DNA of 64,000 bases from Candidatus Latescibacterota bacterium. GTDB lineage: Bacteria > Latescibacterota > UBA2968. Each line of letters begins with the position of its first letter. The first letter of the stretch is position 1. Location: contig OZ241986.1 in assembly GCA_965204375.1 (NCBI GenBank), positions 2,784,001 through 2,848,000 on the forward strand. The letters run 5' to 3'. The notes under the pieces are model-generated. The model ran no database searches. It saw only the letters and a program-made list of their open reading frames with translations, and had not been told where the DNA came from. The position numbers and the translations under genes are program-made. Shown here piece by piece: positions 10,057 through 19,795 of the stretch.

Positions 10057-10094
10057 AAAAAGCGAAATCCGGCACCGTGTGGATTTCGCTTTTT
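10057..10094 (+). terminator. Rho-independent terminator after rplT
   Basis: AAAAAGCGAAATCC-loop-GGATTTCGCTTTTT. Confidence 0.85.
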
Positions 10095-10124
10095 GCATGA
10101 GGGTCAAATCCTCGTGGGGCGAGC

Positions 10125-10153
10125 TTGACTTTCGGATAAGATGGTGTTAAATT
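10125..10153 (+). promoter_or_regulatory. Sigma-70-like promoter for the zapB-zapA-rny cluster
   Basis: TTGACT-17 nt-TAAATT, with TG just upstream of the -10 box. Confidence 0.45.
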
Positions 10154-10196
10154 GCCTTTATATTCAATAGCTTTTGATTTTTGTCAAGGAGCAGAC

Positions 10197-10673
10197 ATGG
10201 ATATGAATCCCTGGATAGTTAGAAATGCGAAAGAAGAGGAGGAAGCGAAGGAAGAAGTGGAGGACAACGCCGAGGCAGCCGAAGAGACCGAAGACGCTGA
10301 AGAAGCAGGGGAAATGGAAGACAACGCCGAAGGAGTGGAGGAAGAAGTGGATGAGGAAGTAGATCTGATGGATATTAACGCAGGAGCAGTGGCAGAGGGT
10401 GTGGATCGGCTCGTTGAAGCAATTAACAACGCCGTTGCAACCATTGAAGATTTGCGTCGTGAAAATGCCGAATTGAAGCAACAGAGTCAGGCATTGCAGT
10501 CAGATATATCGCGCCTCGAAGAAGAACGGGTGGCTCTGTGTAACGAACGAGATCGGCTACAAGACATTTACAACGATAATATGCTTCTAATAGACAATAA
10601 GGCGGAAATCCTGGATAAGGTCGAAACGATGTTACAGCGCCTCAATTCCTTAAACCCCGAGAAAAATGAGTGA
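10197..10673 (+). CDS. ZapB-like coiled-coil cell division protein with a Glu-rich N-terminal extension
   Basis: Coiled coil VDRLVEAINNAVATIEDLRRENAEL...KVETMLQRL directly upstream of zapA; AAGGAG SD. Confidence 0.65.
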   Translation: MDMNPWIVRNAKEEEEAKEEVEDNAEAAEETEDAEEAGEMEDNAEGVEEEVDEEVDLMDINAGAVAEGVDRLVEAINNAVATIEDLRRENAELKQQSQALQSDISRLEEERVALCNERDRLQDIYNDNMLLIDNKAEILDKVETMLQRLNSLNPEKNE

Positions 10674-10966
10674 TGTCTGGTTTGTCCGACGTGCGCGTTC
10701 AGGTATTTGGCTCAGAATATCGCATTGCCAGCGATACTGATCCCGAACATATCCGCGAGGTGGCGAGTTATATCGATCAGAAAATGCGAGAAATAGCCAG
10801 TGCTCTTGCACTGCGCAACAGATCGACAGTAGCTGTATTAACGGCTGTGAATTTGGCTGATGAGCTTTTTAAGATCGAGGAAGAAAGTCGCCAGATGAAT
10901 CGGATTTCACTCGAGAAAGCCGATCAACTCGCAGACTCGGTAACCTTTAGCTCACGAACGAAGTGA
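10670..10966 (+). CDS. zapA: Cell division protein ZapA
   Basis: VQVFGSEYRI...VASYIDQKMREI...AVLTAVNLADEL. Confidence 0.9.
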   Translation: MMSGLSDVRVQVFGSEYRIASDTDPEHIREVASYIDQKMREIASALALRNRSTVAVLTAVNLADELFKIEEESRQMNRISLEKADQLADSVTFSSRTK

Positions 10967-11090
10967 GTAAATCGCACAATGCGAGTATGAGACAAGCTAT
11001 CTCACGGGAGTGTGAACCCCGTCGCGTTTGTCCTTAAAAGTGAGCACAAGCGCGGTGGGGATTTCTTTTAATACCACAATGGAGAAAGTC

Positions 11091-12653
11091 ATGGAAATCG
11101 TATCTGTGATTGCGCTATCTACCGGGCTGTTGGTTCTGGGATTTGTTGTAGGATGGCTGATCAGCAGTAAAATCTCACACAAGAAATTTTACCGCACCGA
11201 CGCCACAATCGAACAAATTTTGGAAGATGCTCGAAGAGAAGCAGAAACTGAAAAACGCACCGCGCTTTTAGAAGCTAAGGATCAGATTTATCACGAGCGC
11301 GTACAGGCCGAAAAAACGCTGGAAGACCGCAACAGTGAAGTGGCACACAAAGAAGAAGAATTAGACCGCATGTCGAGCGAGTTGAATCGACGTGCAGACC
11401 TGCTCAACCACAAAGCTGGACAAATGGAAGAATTGGAACAAAAACTGGTACAGCAGCAGGACGGATTATCCGTAAAAGAACTGGAATTGGAAGCGATTTT
11501 GGAGGCTCAAAATGCGCGATTAGAACGCATTGCGGCCCTGACACGCCAGCAGGCCAAACGCGAATTGATGGAAAATTTGGAGGCCGAAGCCCAGCGCGAA
11601 GTTGCCTGGCGCTTAAAAGAAATTCGGGAAGACGCACAAGCGCGGGCCAATGATGAAGCGAGAGAAATTATCGCAAGTGCGATTCAAAGACTGGCAGTCG
11701 ATTACACGGTAGAATCAACTGTGACAGTTGTCGAATTGCCAGCCGATGAAATGAAAGGTCGAATTATCGGACGCGAAGGGCGTAATATTCGAGCTTTTGA
11801 GATGTGTACTGGCGTGGATGTGATTGTTGACGATACCCCCAAAGCCGTCGTGCTGTCCGGGTTTGATCCCATTCGCCGCGCGATTGCCAAGACAGCTTTG
11901 GAGCACCTTTTAATGGATGGACGCATTCATCCGGGCCGGATCGAAGAAGTGGTTGAAAAATCGAAAGAAAATATGCATGAATTAATTCAACAAGCAGGTG
12001 AAGAGGCCATCTTTGACATGGGAGTACCCGGCTTGCATGATCGTCTGATTGAATGTCTTGGGCGATTAAAATTTCGGACGAGCTATGGGCAAAATATGTT
12101 AAACCACAGCAAAGAGGTAGCTTTTCTGTCGGGGATGATGGCCACGCATTTGGGGCTGGATGCACAACTTGCCAAGCGCGCTGGCCTACTACACGATATT
12201 GGCCAGGGAATCAGCCACGAATTTGAAGGTACACCCGGCCAAAATGGCGCTGATATGGCAAAAAAATACGGTGAAGATGACGAGGTAATCAACGCGATTG
12301 AAGCCCACCACGGCGAGGCTGACCCGATCTCGCCAATTGCAGTGCTGGTCGATGCCGCAGATACCATTTCGAGGGTTCGACCAGGTGCAAGGCGTGAGGT
12401 GTTGGAAAATTATGTGCGACGATTGGAGCATTTGGAACAAACCGCCCAAGAAATAGAGGGAGTAGATGCGGTTTACGCCATTCAAGCAGGTCAGGAAATT
12501 CGGGTAGTCGCCAACTATGGGTTAATCAGCGATGAAGACACCGAGCGATTATCTGCTCAAATTGCCGAACGACTGGAAAAAACAATGACGTATCCGGGGC
12601 ATATAAAAGTGACCGTAATTCGCGAGGTGCGCGCCGTCAATTTTGCGCGATAA
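11091..12653 (+). CDS. rny: Ribonuclease Y
   Basis: N-terminal TM helix, coiled coil, KH domain MKGRIIGREGRNIR, HD domain LLHDIG. Confidence 0.97.
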   Translation: MEIVSVIALSTGLLVLGFVVGWLISSKISHKKFYRTDATIEQILEDARREAETEKRTALLEAKDQIYHERVQAEKTLEDRNSEVAHKEEELDRMSSELNRRADLLNHKAGQMEELEQKLVQQQDGLSVKELELEAILEAQNARLERIAALTRQQAKRELMENLEAEAQREVAWRLKEIREDAQARANDEAREIIASAIQRLAVDYTVESTVTVVELPADEMKGRIIGREGRNIRAFEMCTGVDVIVDDTPKAVVLSGFDPIRRAIAKTALEHLLMDGRIHPGRIEEVVEKSKENMHELIQQAGEEAIFDMGVPGLHDRLIECLGRLKFRTSYGQNMLNHSKEVAFLSGMMATHLGLDAQLAKRAGLLHDIGQGISHEFEGTPGQNGADMAKKYGEDDEVINAIEAHHGEADPISPIAVLVDAADTISRVRPGARREVLENYVRRLEHLEQTAQEIEGVDAVYAIQAGQEIRVVANYGLISDEDTERLSAQIAERLEKTMTYPGHIKVTVIREVRAVNFAR

Positions 12654-12663
12654 AAAATAGCGA

Positions 12664-13455
12664 ATGAAAATTTTATTTATAGGCGATGTTTATGGCAGGC
12701 CCGGACGACGGGCCGCCGCACATTTGATTCCTCAACTGATTGCACAGTACGCCATTGATTTCTGCGTTGTCAATGGCGAAAATTCTGCTGGCGGTTTTGG
12801 TATTACTGCAAAAATCGGACAAAAATTTCACGCTTACGGCGCCGATGTAATTACCCTGGGCGATCACGTCTGGGATCAAAAAGATTCGGTTGACTATATT
12901 CAAACGGGTGATCGAATTTTGCGTGCAGCCAACTTCCCCAAAGAGGTTGGGGGTGTTGGTGCGGCGGTTTTTTCAGCGCGCAACGGGGCGTCGGTTGCAG
13001 TGCTCAGCCTGCTTGGACGAACATATATGAAAATGGCTTTGGACTGTCCCTTTAGAACCGGGCAATGCGCCGTGGAGAAATTACAAAAGAAAACGCCCAT
13101 TATTCTCATTGACTTCCACGCCGAAGCGACCTCGGAAAAAATTGCTTTGGGGCACTATATGGACGGCAAAGTCAGCGCGGTTTTGGGCACGCATACCCAT
13201 GTTCAAACAGCCGATAATGAGATCTTGCCCGGCGGAACCGCGTATATGACAGATGTCGGCATGACAGGATCTCATGATTCGGTTATTGGCGCGAAAAAAG
13301 ACCCTGCGATTCACCGATTTATAAACCAGATGCCCGTGCGTTTTGAGCCAGCCACAGGTAATGTAAAACTCTGCGGAGCGCTCATAGATGTGGATGAATG
13401 CTCTGGACGTGCGCAACACATCGAGCGACTACGCCTCAATTTAGAGGAGGGATAA
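12664..13455 (+). CDS. ymdB: YmdB-family metallophosphoesterase (TIGR00282)
   Basis: FIGDVYGRPGR, NGEN, DFHAEATSEK, GTHTHV and DVGMTG motifs. Confidence 0.93.
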   Translation: MKILFIGDVYGRPGRRAAAHLIPQLIAQYAIDFCVVNGENSAGGFGITAKIGQKFHAYGADVITLGDHVWDQKDSVDYIQTGDRILRAANFPKEVGGVGAAVFSARNGASVAVLSLLGRTYMKMALDCPFRTGQCAVEKLQKKTPIILIDFHAEATSEKIALGHYMDGKVSAVLGTHTHVQTADNEILPGGTAYMTDVGMTGSHDSVIGAKKDPAIHRFINQMPVRFEPATGNVKLCGALIDVDECSGRAQHIERLRLNLEEG

Positions 13456-13456
13456 G

Positions 13457-14647
13457 GTGGAACACCCGCTTTCCGTATCGGACGTCACACAAGCGGTCAA
13501 GCAAACCCTTGAGACGCAATTTCCGCCCATGTGGGTCGCCGGTGAGTTGACCTCCTTTTCCCAGCCATCATCCGGACATCGGTATTTCACGCTCTCAGAT
13601 CCGCACAGTCAATTGCGCTGTGTGATGTGGCGCTCGCGTCCCATAACTGGATTTCGTCCCACAGCGGGAATGGCCGTGTTGGCACAGGGGCAGTTGACGG
13701 TGTATGAGCGGCGGGGCGAATATCAATTTAATGTGTCACAACTATTTCCCGCAGGGGTGGGACAACAGCTAATCGCCTATGAAAAACTGAAAAAAAAACT
13801 ATCAGAAGAAGGCCTTTTTGACGAAGATCGAAAACGATCTCTGCCCGAATACCCCAGAGCCATTGGGATTGTGACTTCGAAGACAGGTGCAGCTTTTCGA
13901 GATATTTGGGATGTGTTGAAGCGGCGATTTCCCGCTGTCCGCATTGTTTTGCGCCCCGCGCAGGTGCAGGGATTGGACGCGCCAGAAGATATTGTACAAG
14001 GCATTGCCGATCTCAATGACTTTGGCAAAGTAGATGTATTGATTGTTGGACGCGGCGGTGGCTCCGCTGAGGATTTGGCTGCATTTAACGACGAGACAGT
14101 CGTGCGGGCAATTGCGGATTCTGAGATTCCAGTTATTTCAGCCGTAGGGCACGAGATCGACACTTCCCTATCGGATATAGCGGCTGACGTACGCGCACCA
14201 ACCCCTTCTGCTGCCGCAGAAATTGCCGTACGCGATATTTTAGAAGTACGCGAACAAGTCGGGAGGCTCACACTTCGTACGCGGGAGGCCATACAGCGAC
14301 TGTTAGACAAAAATAAAGATCTGATAGAAACTTACGAAAGCAGTTATGGCATGCGGCGGTTGTCCGATTTGATCTTTCAAAACGCGCAACACGTCGATGA
14401 ATTACACCGCGAGTTATACGCGCTTATAAGACGGCTATTTGAAAGTCGATTAGCCGACTATCACCGCATGACCGGCAAATTGGGATCGCTTAGCCCACTG
14501 TCAGTACTCGCGCGGGGATTTGGCCTCGTACAACGCGAAGATGGTTTAGTCGTATCTGATGCCGGGATTTTGACACCCCGTGAACATCTACACATTCGGT
14601 TTGCAAAAGGCGAGGCAACCTGTCGGGTAGAAAAAATAAAAAGGTAA
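13457..14647 (+). CDS. xseA: Exodeoxyribonuclease VII large subunit
   Basis: SGHRYFTL, GRGGGSAEDL, SAVGHEID and RAPTPSAAAE motifs. Confidence 0.96.
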   Translation: MEHPLSVSDVTQAVKQTLETQFPPMWVAGELTSFSQPSSGHRYFTLSDPHSQLRCVMWRSRPITGFRPTAGMAVLAQGQLTVYERRGEYQFNVSQLFPAGVGQQLIAYEKLKKKLSEEGLFDEDRKRSLPEYPRAIGIVTSKTGAAFRDIWDVLKRRFPAVRIVLRPAQVQGLDAPEDIVQGIADLNDFGKVDVLIVGRGGGSAEDLAAFNDETVVRAIADSEIPVISAVGHEIDTSLSDIAADVRAPTPSAAAEIAVRDILEVREQVGRLTLRTREAIQRLLDKNKDLIETYESSYGMRRLSDLIFQNAQHVDELHRELYALIRRLFESRLADYHRMTGKLGSLSPLSVLARGFGLVQREDGLVVSDAGILTPREHLHIRFAKGEATCRVEKIKR

Positions 14648-14652
14648 AGTCA

Positions 14653-14913
14653 ATGGCAAAAAAAAAGATAGAAGAACCCACATTTGAAACAGCTTTGAAG
14701 CAATTGGAGACGGCTGTGGATCGTTTAGAAGAAGGTGCACTGCCCTTGTCAGAGGCACTAAAAGTGTTTGAAGAAGGTCTAAAAGCATCCAATCAATGCC
14801 GCAGTTTATTAGAAGATGCGCGGCAACAGGTTGAAGTGTTGATACGCGATAGCGATGGTGAATTTGAATTGGTATCCATAGATTCCAATGGCGAAGGGTT
14901 TGCAGACGAATGA
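14653..14913 (+). CDS. xseB: Exodeoxyribonuclease VII small subunit
   Basis: FETALKQLETAVDRLEEGALPLSEALKVFEEG; follows xseA. Confidence 0.95.
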   Translation: MAKKKIEEPTFETALKQLETAVDRLEEGALPLSEALKVFEEGLKASNQCRSLLEDARQQVEVLIRDSDGEFELVSIDSNGEGFADE

Positions 14914-15770
14914 AGTCCATCGGTTTGTTTTCGAACCCGACCCAACCGGGCATGGGCGTTGCAGTCGATCAATTGGCCCAACGCATCCATCAAAGAGGCA
15001 TTGGGGTGCTGATCGCCGATAACTTGCGGCAAATTTGCACATCTGATTCCAAATGGTTTTGTCCGGTCGATCAGTTGCCCATACGCGCTGACATCATTGT
15101 GGCAATGGGGGGCGATGGCACCTTATTGCGCGCGGCCGATGTGGTTTATCCGCACAGCACGCCAATTTTGGGCGTAAACCTGGGGCGATTGGGATTTTTG
15201 TCGGGCGCAGAACCCCGCGAACTGGACGATGGGCTGGATCGGTTATTATGTGGCGATTATACCGTTGAAGAGCGCATTGCTCTACACGCACAAACCCGCA
15301 CACAAAAAGCGTTCGCGCTCAATGAGGTCGTAATTGAACGCAGTGTCAAAGCGCGTCTGGTGCAGGTCGTAATGCTGGTTGAAAGTCGGCCCGTAAGCTC
15401 CTTTTACGGCAATGGATTGATTCTGGCAACGCCGACGGGATCCACGGGTTACAGCCTGTCTTCTGGCGGCCCAATAGTACATCCAAATTTATCCGTGCTC
15501 GTCGCCACGCCTATATGTCCGCATTCGCTATCTCAACGTCCAATGGTAATGCCGGGCGATCAGTCGGTAACGATTAAGGTAATCGCTGATCAGTCCGATG
15601 AAATTATGTTATCCACAGATGGACGCACTGTGTGTTCGCTTTCTCCTGAAGAACCCGTTACAGTACAACGGGCCTCCGAACCCGTGCGCTTTATCAATAT
15701 GCAGGGGTTGACTTTTTACGATCTGTTGCAGCGCAAATTGGACTGGAGCCTGGATCGGCGAGACGAGTAA
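14910..15770 (+). CDS. nadK: NAD kinase
   Basis: GGDGT, NLGRLGFL, LNE, TPTGSTGYSLSSGGP motifs. Confidence 0.95.
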   Translation: MKSIGLFSNPTQPGMGVAVDQLAQRIHQRGIGVLIADNLRQICTSDSKWFCPVDQLPIRADIIVAMGGDGTLLRAADVVYPHSTPILGVNLGRLGFLSGAEPRELDDGLDRLLCGDYTVEERIALHAQTRTQKAFALNEVVIERSVKARLVQVVMLVESRPVSSFYGNGLILATPTGSTGYSLSSGGPIVHPNLSVLVATPICPHSLSQRPMVMPGDQSVTIKVIADQSDEIMLSTDGRTVCSLSPEEPVTVQRASEPVRFINMQGLTFYDLLQRKLDWSLDRRDE

Positions 15771-15782
15771 AGGAGTTGCGCC

Positions 15783-17486
15783 TTGTTGTCTCAATTGCAT
15801 GTGATAAATTACGCCCTGATTGACGACATGGAAGTCGCATTTGGTAAAGGGTTAAATATCATTACGGGTGAAACCGGTGCAGGAAAGTCCATCCTGGTGG
15901 GGGCATTGGGGCTGATACTGGGTATGCGAGCAAGCCCCGATGTGATCCGCACAGGCGAAAAAAAATGTACAGTAGAAGCCATTTTTGAACTCTATCTTCA
16001 ACATCCGGCTCTCAAACTCCTGAACGCCCTGGGTATAGAGACAGAAGATGGTGAGCTAATTTTGCGGCGAGATGTACTATTAGAAGGGCGCAGTCGGTGC
16101 TACGCCAATGGCCTGTCCATTCCCGTGCGTACACTTCGTGAATTGGGCCGCGCGCTGGTCGATTTGCACGGTCAACACGACCATCAATCGCTTCTGAATA
16201 CCGATCAGCATCTGGACTTTTTGGACGGCTTTGGCGGCTTGCACACAGCACGCACACAGGTCGAAAAATCATATCATCAGGTGGTGCAGTTACAAAATCG
16301 GCTGATCGAAAAAACTGCCGTTGCCCAGCGCCAGCGAGAAAGGCGCGAACTGTTGGACTTTCAGATCAAAGAAATTCAGGCGGCAAAACCAGATCCCGGC
16401 GAAGACGAACGCCTACAACGCGAACAGTCCGTACTTTTACATGCAGAACGGCTACTCGAAATCGCCTATCAGATCGAACAGGTGCTTTATGAAGGCGAAC
16501 AATCCGTGGCCGATCAACTCGGCGAAGGCGCGCACCTCCTGAATGAGGCCGCGCAAATGGACAGCTATTTGGAGCCGATAGCCGAAGAACTCAATGGTCT
16601 GAGATACGGTGCAGAGGAACTGGCCCGCGCCTTTGGCGATTATGCCAATCGCGTAGAACACAATCCCCAACGCCTATCAGAAGTAACAGAGCGATTAGAA
16701 ACGCTGAACGCGTTGAAAAAAAAATACGGTGGCGATCTGGAAAGGGTCCTGTCCTATGAAAAAAAAGCCCAACAAGAATTGGAATTGACCGACGAACTCG
16801 AAGCATCTATAAAAAAAATTCAGATTAAAATTGACGATACGATGCAGAAGTTCGCACATTGTTGTGAGAAATTGTCAAAAGGAAGACACAAAGCCGCTGG
16901 CAAATTGTCAAAAGCGATATGCCGCGCATTGCGCGAACTGGGCATGCCCGATGTGCAATTTGACGTTCAATTGGATCGGCGTCCAGACCCTGAAGGCCTG
17001 ATTGAATGCGATGGGCAGCGATTTGAAGCGGGACCACGGGGCATAGAGCGCGGCGAATTTTTTCTTTCGACCAACCCGGGCGAAGCCATCCGCCCACTGG
17101 CAAAAGTGGCGTCGGGCGGTGAAATTTCGCGTATTATGCTGGCGATGAAAACCGTGCTGGCGCATACTGATTCGGTGCAAGTGTTAATTTTTGACGAAAT
17201 CGACATCGGAATTTCCGGGCGCATTGCAGAGGTTGTAGGCAAGAAATTGCGCGACCTATCAGAAACGTATCAAACCATTTCAATTACACATTTGCCACAA
17301 ATTGCAAAAATGGCTGATCGGCATTTTTCAGTCAGAAAAGAAGTAGTTGAGCAGCGTGCAGTAACCCGGGTGATCCCGCTGGATGAAGAGGCACGCGCTG
17401 GCGAACTCGCTTTGATGATGGGCGGCGAAGAGATTTCAGAACTGACCATGCAACACGCCCGCGAGATGCTGGCTGAAAAGCCATAG
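15783..17486 (+). CDS. recN: DNA repair protein RecN
   Basis: TGETGAGKS, LHGQHD, ASGGEISR, IFDEID and THLPQIA motifs. Confidence 0.96.
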   Translation: MLSQLHVINYALIDDMEVAFGKGLNIITGETGAGKSILVGALGLILGMRASPDVIRTGEKKCTVEAIFELYLQHPALKLLNALGIETEDGELILRRDVLLEGRSRCYANGLSIPVRTLRELGRALVDLHGQHDHQSLLNTDQHLDFLDGFGGLHTARTQVEKSYHQVVQLQNRLIEKTAVAQRQRERRELLDFQIKEIQAAKPDPGEDERLQREQSVLLHAERLLEIAYQIEQVLYEGEQSVADQLGEGAHLLNEAAQMDSYLEPIAEELNGLRYGAEELARAFGDYANRVEHNPQRLSEVTERLETLNALKKKYGGDLERVLSYEKKAQQELELTDELEASIKKIQIKIDDTMQKFAHCCEKLSKGRHKAAGKLSKAICRALRELGMPDVQFDVQLDRRPDPEGLIECDGQRFEAGPRGIERGEFFLSTNPGEAIRPLAKVASGGEISRIMLAMKTVLAHTDSVQVLIFDEIDIGISGRIAEVVGKKLRDLSETYQTISITHLPQIAKMADRHFSVRKEVVEQRAVTRVIPLDEEARAGELALMMGGEEISELTMQHAREMLAEKP

Positions 17487-17506
17487 AAAGGTATAAGGAG
17501 CATAGT

Positions 17507-18655
17507 GTGAGACCGATAATTCCCAATGATCTCCGAGACATTGAAGAAAAAGTAAACCTGAGGCAACGTCTTTCTGCCGAAGATGGCATGCGGCTTTACG
17601 AGACACCCGACCTCAATGCCGTGGGATATTTGGCCAATATCTCGCGCGAACGCCTGTGTGGCAATGTGGCGTGGTACGTGCGGAACCAGCACATCAACTA
17701 TACCAACGTCTGCAACAAGCTGTGCAGATTTTGCTCCTTTTATGTAAAGCCAAAAGACGAGCGGGGCTATGTGTTATCGCCCGAAGATATTCAAAAGCGC
17801 GTATTGGAATACATCGACCTGCCCATTTCTGAAATCCACATGGTCGCGGGCATCAATCCCAAACTTCCCTATTCGTATTATCTCGACATCGTGCGCGCGG
17901 TCAAAGACGTGCGTCCCGATGTGGCGGTAAAAGCATTTACCGCAATCGAATGGGTGCAAATTGCGCGTATTGCAAAAAAGCCATTGAAAGATGTCATGAC
18001 CGAATTAAAAGCGGCCGGTGTATCGTCCATTCCCGGCGGGGGCGCAGAAGTATTTAGCGATCGCGTCCAGGAAGATTTATTCTGGACCAAAGCGGATTCC
18101 GAAGAATGGCTCGACGTAGCGCGCACGGCGCATGAAGTCGGCCTGCCTACCAATGCGACAATGCTGTACGGTCATATTGAAAACCCAAAAGAACGCATTG
18201 ATCATCTCGTGCGATTGCGCGAATTACAAGACGAGACCGGCGGTTTTTTGACGTATATTCCCCTGTCATTTCATCCCGAACGCACGGAATTAGAGCATTT
18301 GCCCGGCCCGACAGGCATCGCTGATTTAAGAGAAATTGCCGTGGGGCGATTGATGCTGGACAATTTCTACCACATCAAAACGTTCTGGATTATGAATACC
18401 ATTGAAATTTCACAGGTCGCTTTGTGGTATGGTGCAGACGATATCGACGGCACAATACAGGAATACGAAATTACGCGCCGTTCTTATGCAGAAACGCGAC
18501 AGGTGCTCACCCGCAAGCAGTTGGTCGAACGCGTTATAGAAGCCGGACGCGATCCCGTTGAGCGGGATAATCTATACAATATTTTATCGAGCGACCGAGA
18601 AATTTTAGAAGAGACACCCATCGGAATCCCAGGTGAAATACCAGTGATTTCGTGA
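17507..18655 (+). CDS. mqnE: Aminofutalosine synthase (radical SAM)
   Basis: HINYTNVCNKLCRFC, PGGGAE, NATMLYGHIE, HIKTFW and GADDIDGT motifs; adjacent to mqnC and mqnA. Confidence 0.85.
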   Translation: MRPIIPNDLRDIEEKVNLRQRLSAEDGMRLYETPDLNAVGYLANISRERLCGNVAWYVRNQHINYTNVCNKLCRFCSFYVKPKDERGYVLSPEDIQKRVLEYIDLPISEIHMVAGINPKLPYSYYLDIVRAVKDVRPDVAVKAFTAIEWVQIARIAKKPLKDVMTELKAAGVSSIPGGGAEVFSDRVQEDLFWTKADSEEWLDVARTAHEVGLPTNATMLYGHIENPKERIDHLVRLRELQDETGGFLTYIPLSFHPERTELEHLPGPTGIADLREIAVGRLMLDNFYHIKTFWIMNTIEISQVALWYGADDIDGTIQEYEITRRSYAETRQVLTRKQLVERVIEAGRDPVERDNLYNILSSDREILEETPIGIPGEIPVIS

Positions 18656-18670
18656 TCTCCCAGGATTCGA

Positions 18671-19783
18671 ATGGAAAACGACATGATCGACGACATTGTT
18701 GAAAAAGTATATAACGAAGAGCGCATTTCCGCAGATGATGCCAAGCGCTTGTTTGCACATCCCAATGTGACCGAATTGGGCTTGTTAGCCGATGTGGTAC
18801 GACGACGCAAATGGCCCAAAGACCAGGTGACTTATAATATCGGGCGAAATATCAATTACACGAATGTGTGCTGGGTAAGATGTGATTTCTGTGCATTTTA
18901 TCGTCCGCCGGGATCCGACGAAGGCTATACATTGCCCAGAGAACAGATCTATGAAAAAATTGACGACCTCATTGCCGTGGGCGGCGACGTGCCAAAAGGC
19001 AGCGAAATTTTGATGCAGGGGGGCCTGAACCCAAAACTGCGCGTAGATTACTACGAAGACCTCTTTTCCTCAATACGCAATCGCTATCCTCAAATCCATC
19101 AGCATTGTTTGTCCGCCACAGAAATTATTTATATCGCGCATATCTCGCGGTTGTCACTCGAAAAATGCATCCGCCGCTTGCGCGATGCCGGACTGGATTC
19201 TATCCCGGGAGCTGGCGCAGAAATTTTGTCGGACGAAGTCCGCGACATCATCGGCTTTCGCAAAGACCGCGTCCACGAATGGCTTGCGGTACATCGCATT
19301 GCACACGAATTGGGCCTGCACACATCGGCGACCATGATGTATGGACATGTCGAAACCATTGAACAGCGAATAGAACATCTGGAACACATTCGCAATTTGC
19401 AGGATGCAACGGGGGGATTTACCGCATTTATCGCGTGGAATTTTCAGCCCGATTACACCGCCCTTGCCAACGATCAGGGGCGATGGAATGGTGTGAAAGC
19501 GACCGGATTTGACTATTTGCGAACCATCTCCATCGCGCGCCTATTTTTGGACAATATCAAAAGTTTTCAAGCATCGTGGGTAACGCAGGGAGCCAAGGTC
19601 GCGCAGGTCAGCTTAAAATACGGCGTAAATGATTTTGGCAGCACAATGATGGAAGAAAACGTAGTCAGTGCAGCGGGCACGAGCCATACGGATACCATGA
19701 CACTTCAAGAGATGCAACGGCTCATTCGGGATGCGGGATACGAGCCTGTAAGGCGAAATACGCGATATGAGATTTTGAATTAG
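18671..19783 (+). CDS. mqnC: Cyclic dehypoxanthinyl futalosine synthase (radical SAM)
   Basis: RNINYTNVCWVRCDFCAFYR, LMQGG, QASWVTQG and DFGSTMMEENVV motifs. Confidence 0.88.
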   Translation: MENDMIDDIVEKVYNEERISADDAKRLFAHPNVTELGLLADVVRRRKWPKDQVTYNIGRNINYTNVCWVRCDFCAFYRPPGSDEGYTLPREQIYEKIDDLIAVGGDVPKGSEILMQGGLNPKLRVDYYEDLFSSIRNRYPQIHQHCLSATEIIYIAHISRLSLEKCIRRLRDAGLDSIPGAGAEILSDEVRDIIGFRKDRVHEWLAVHRIAHELGLHTSATMMYGHVETIEQRIEHLEHIRNLQDATGGFTAFIAWNFQPDYTALANDQGRWNGVKATGFDYLRTISIARLFLDNIKSFQASWVTQGAKVAQVSLKYGVNDFGSTMMEENVVSAAGTSHTDTMTLQEMQRLIRDAGYEPVRRNTRYEILN

Positions 19784-19795
19784 GGGTAAGTAGCA

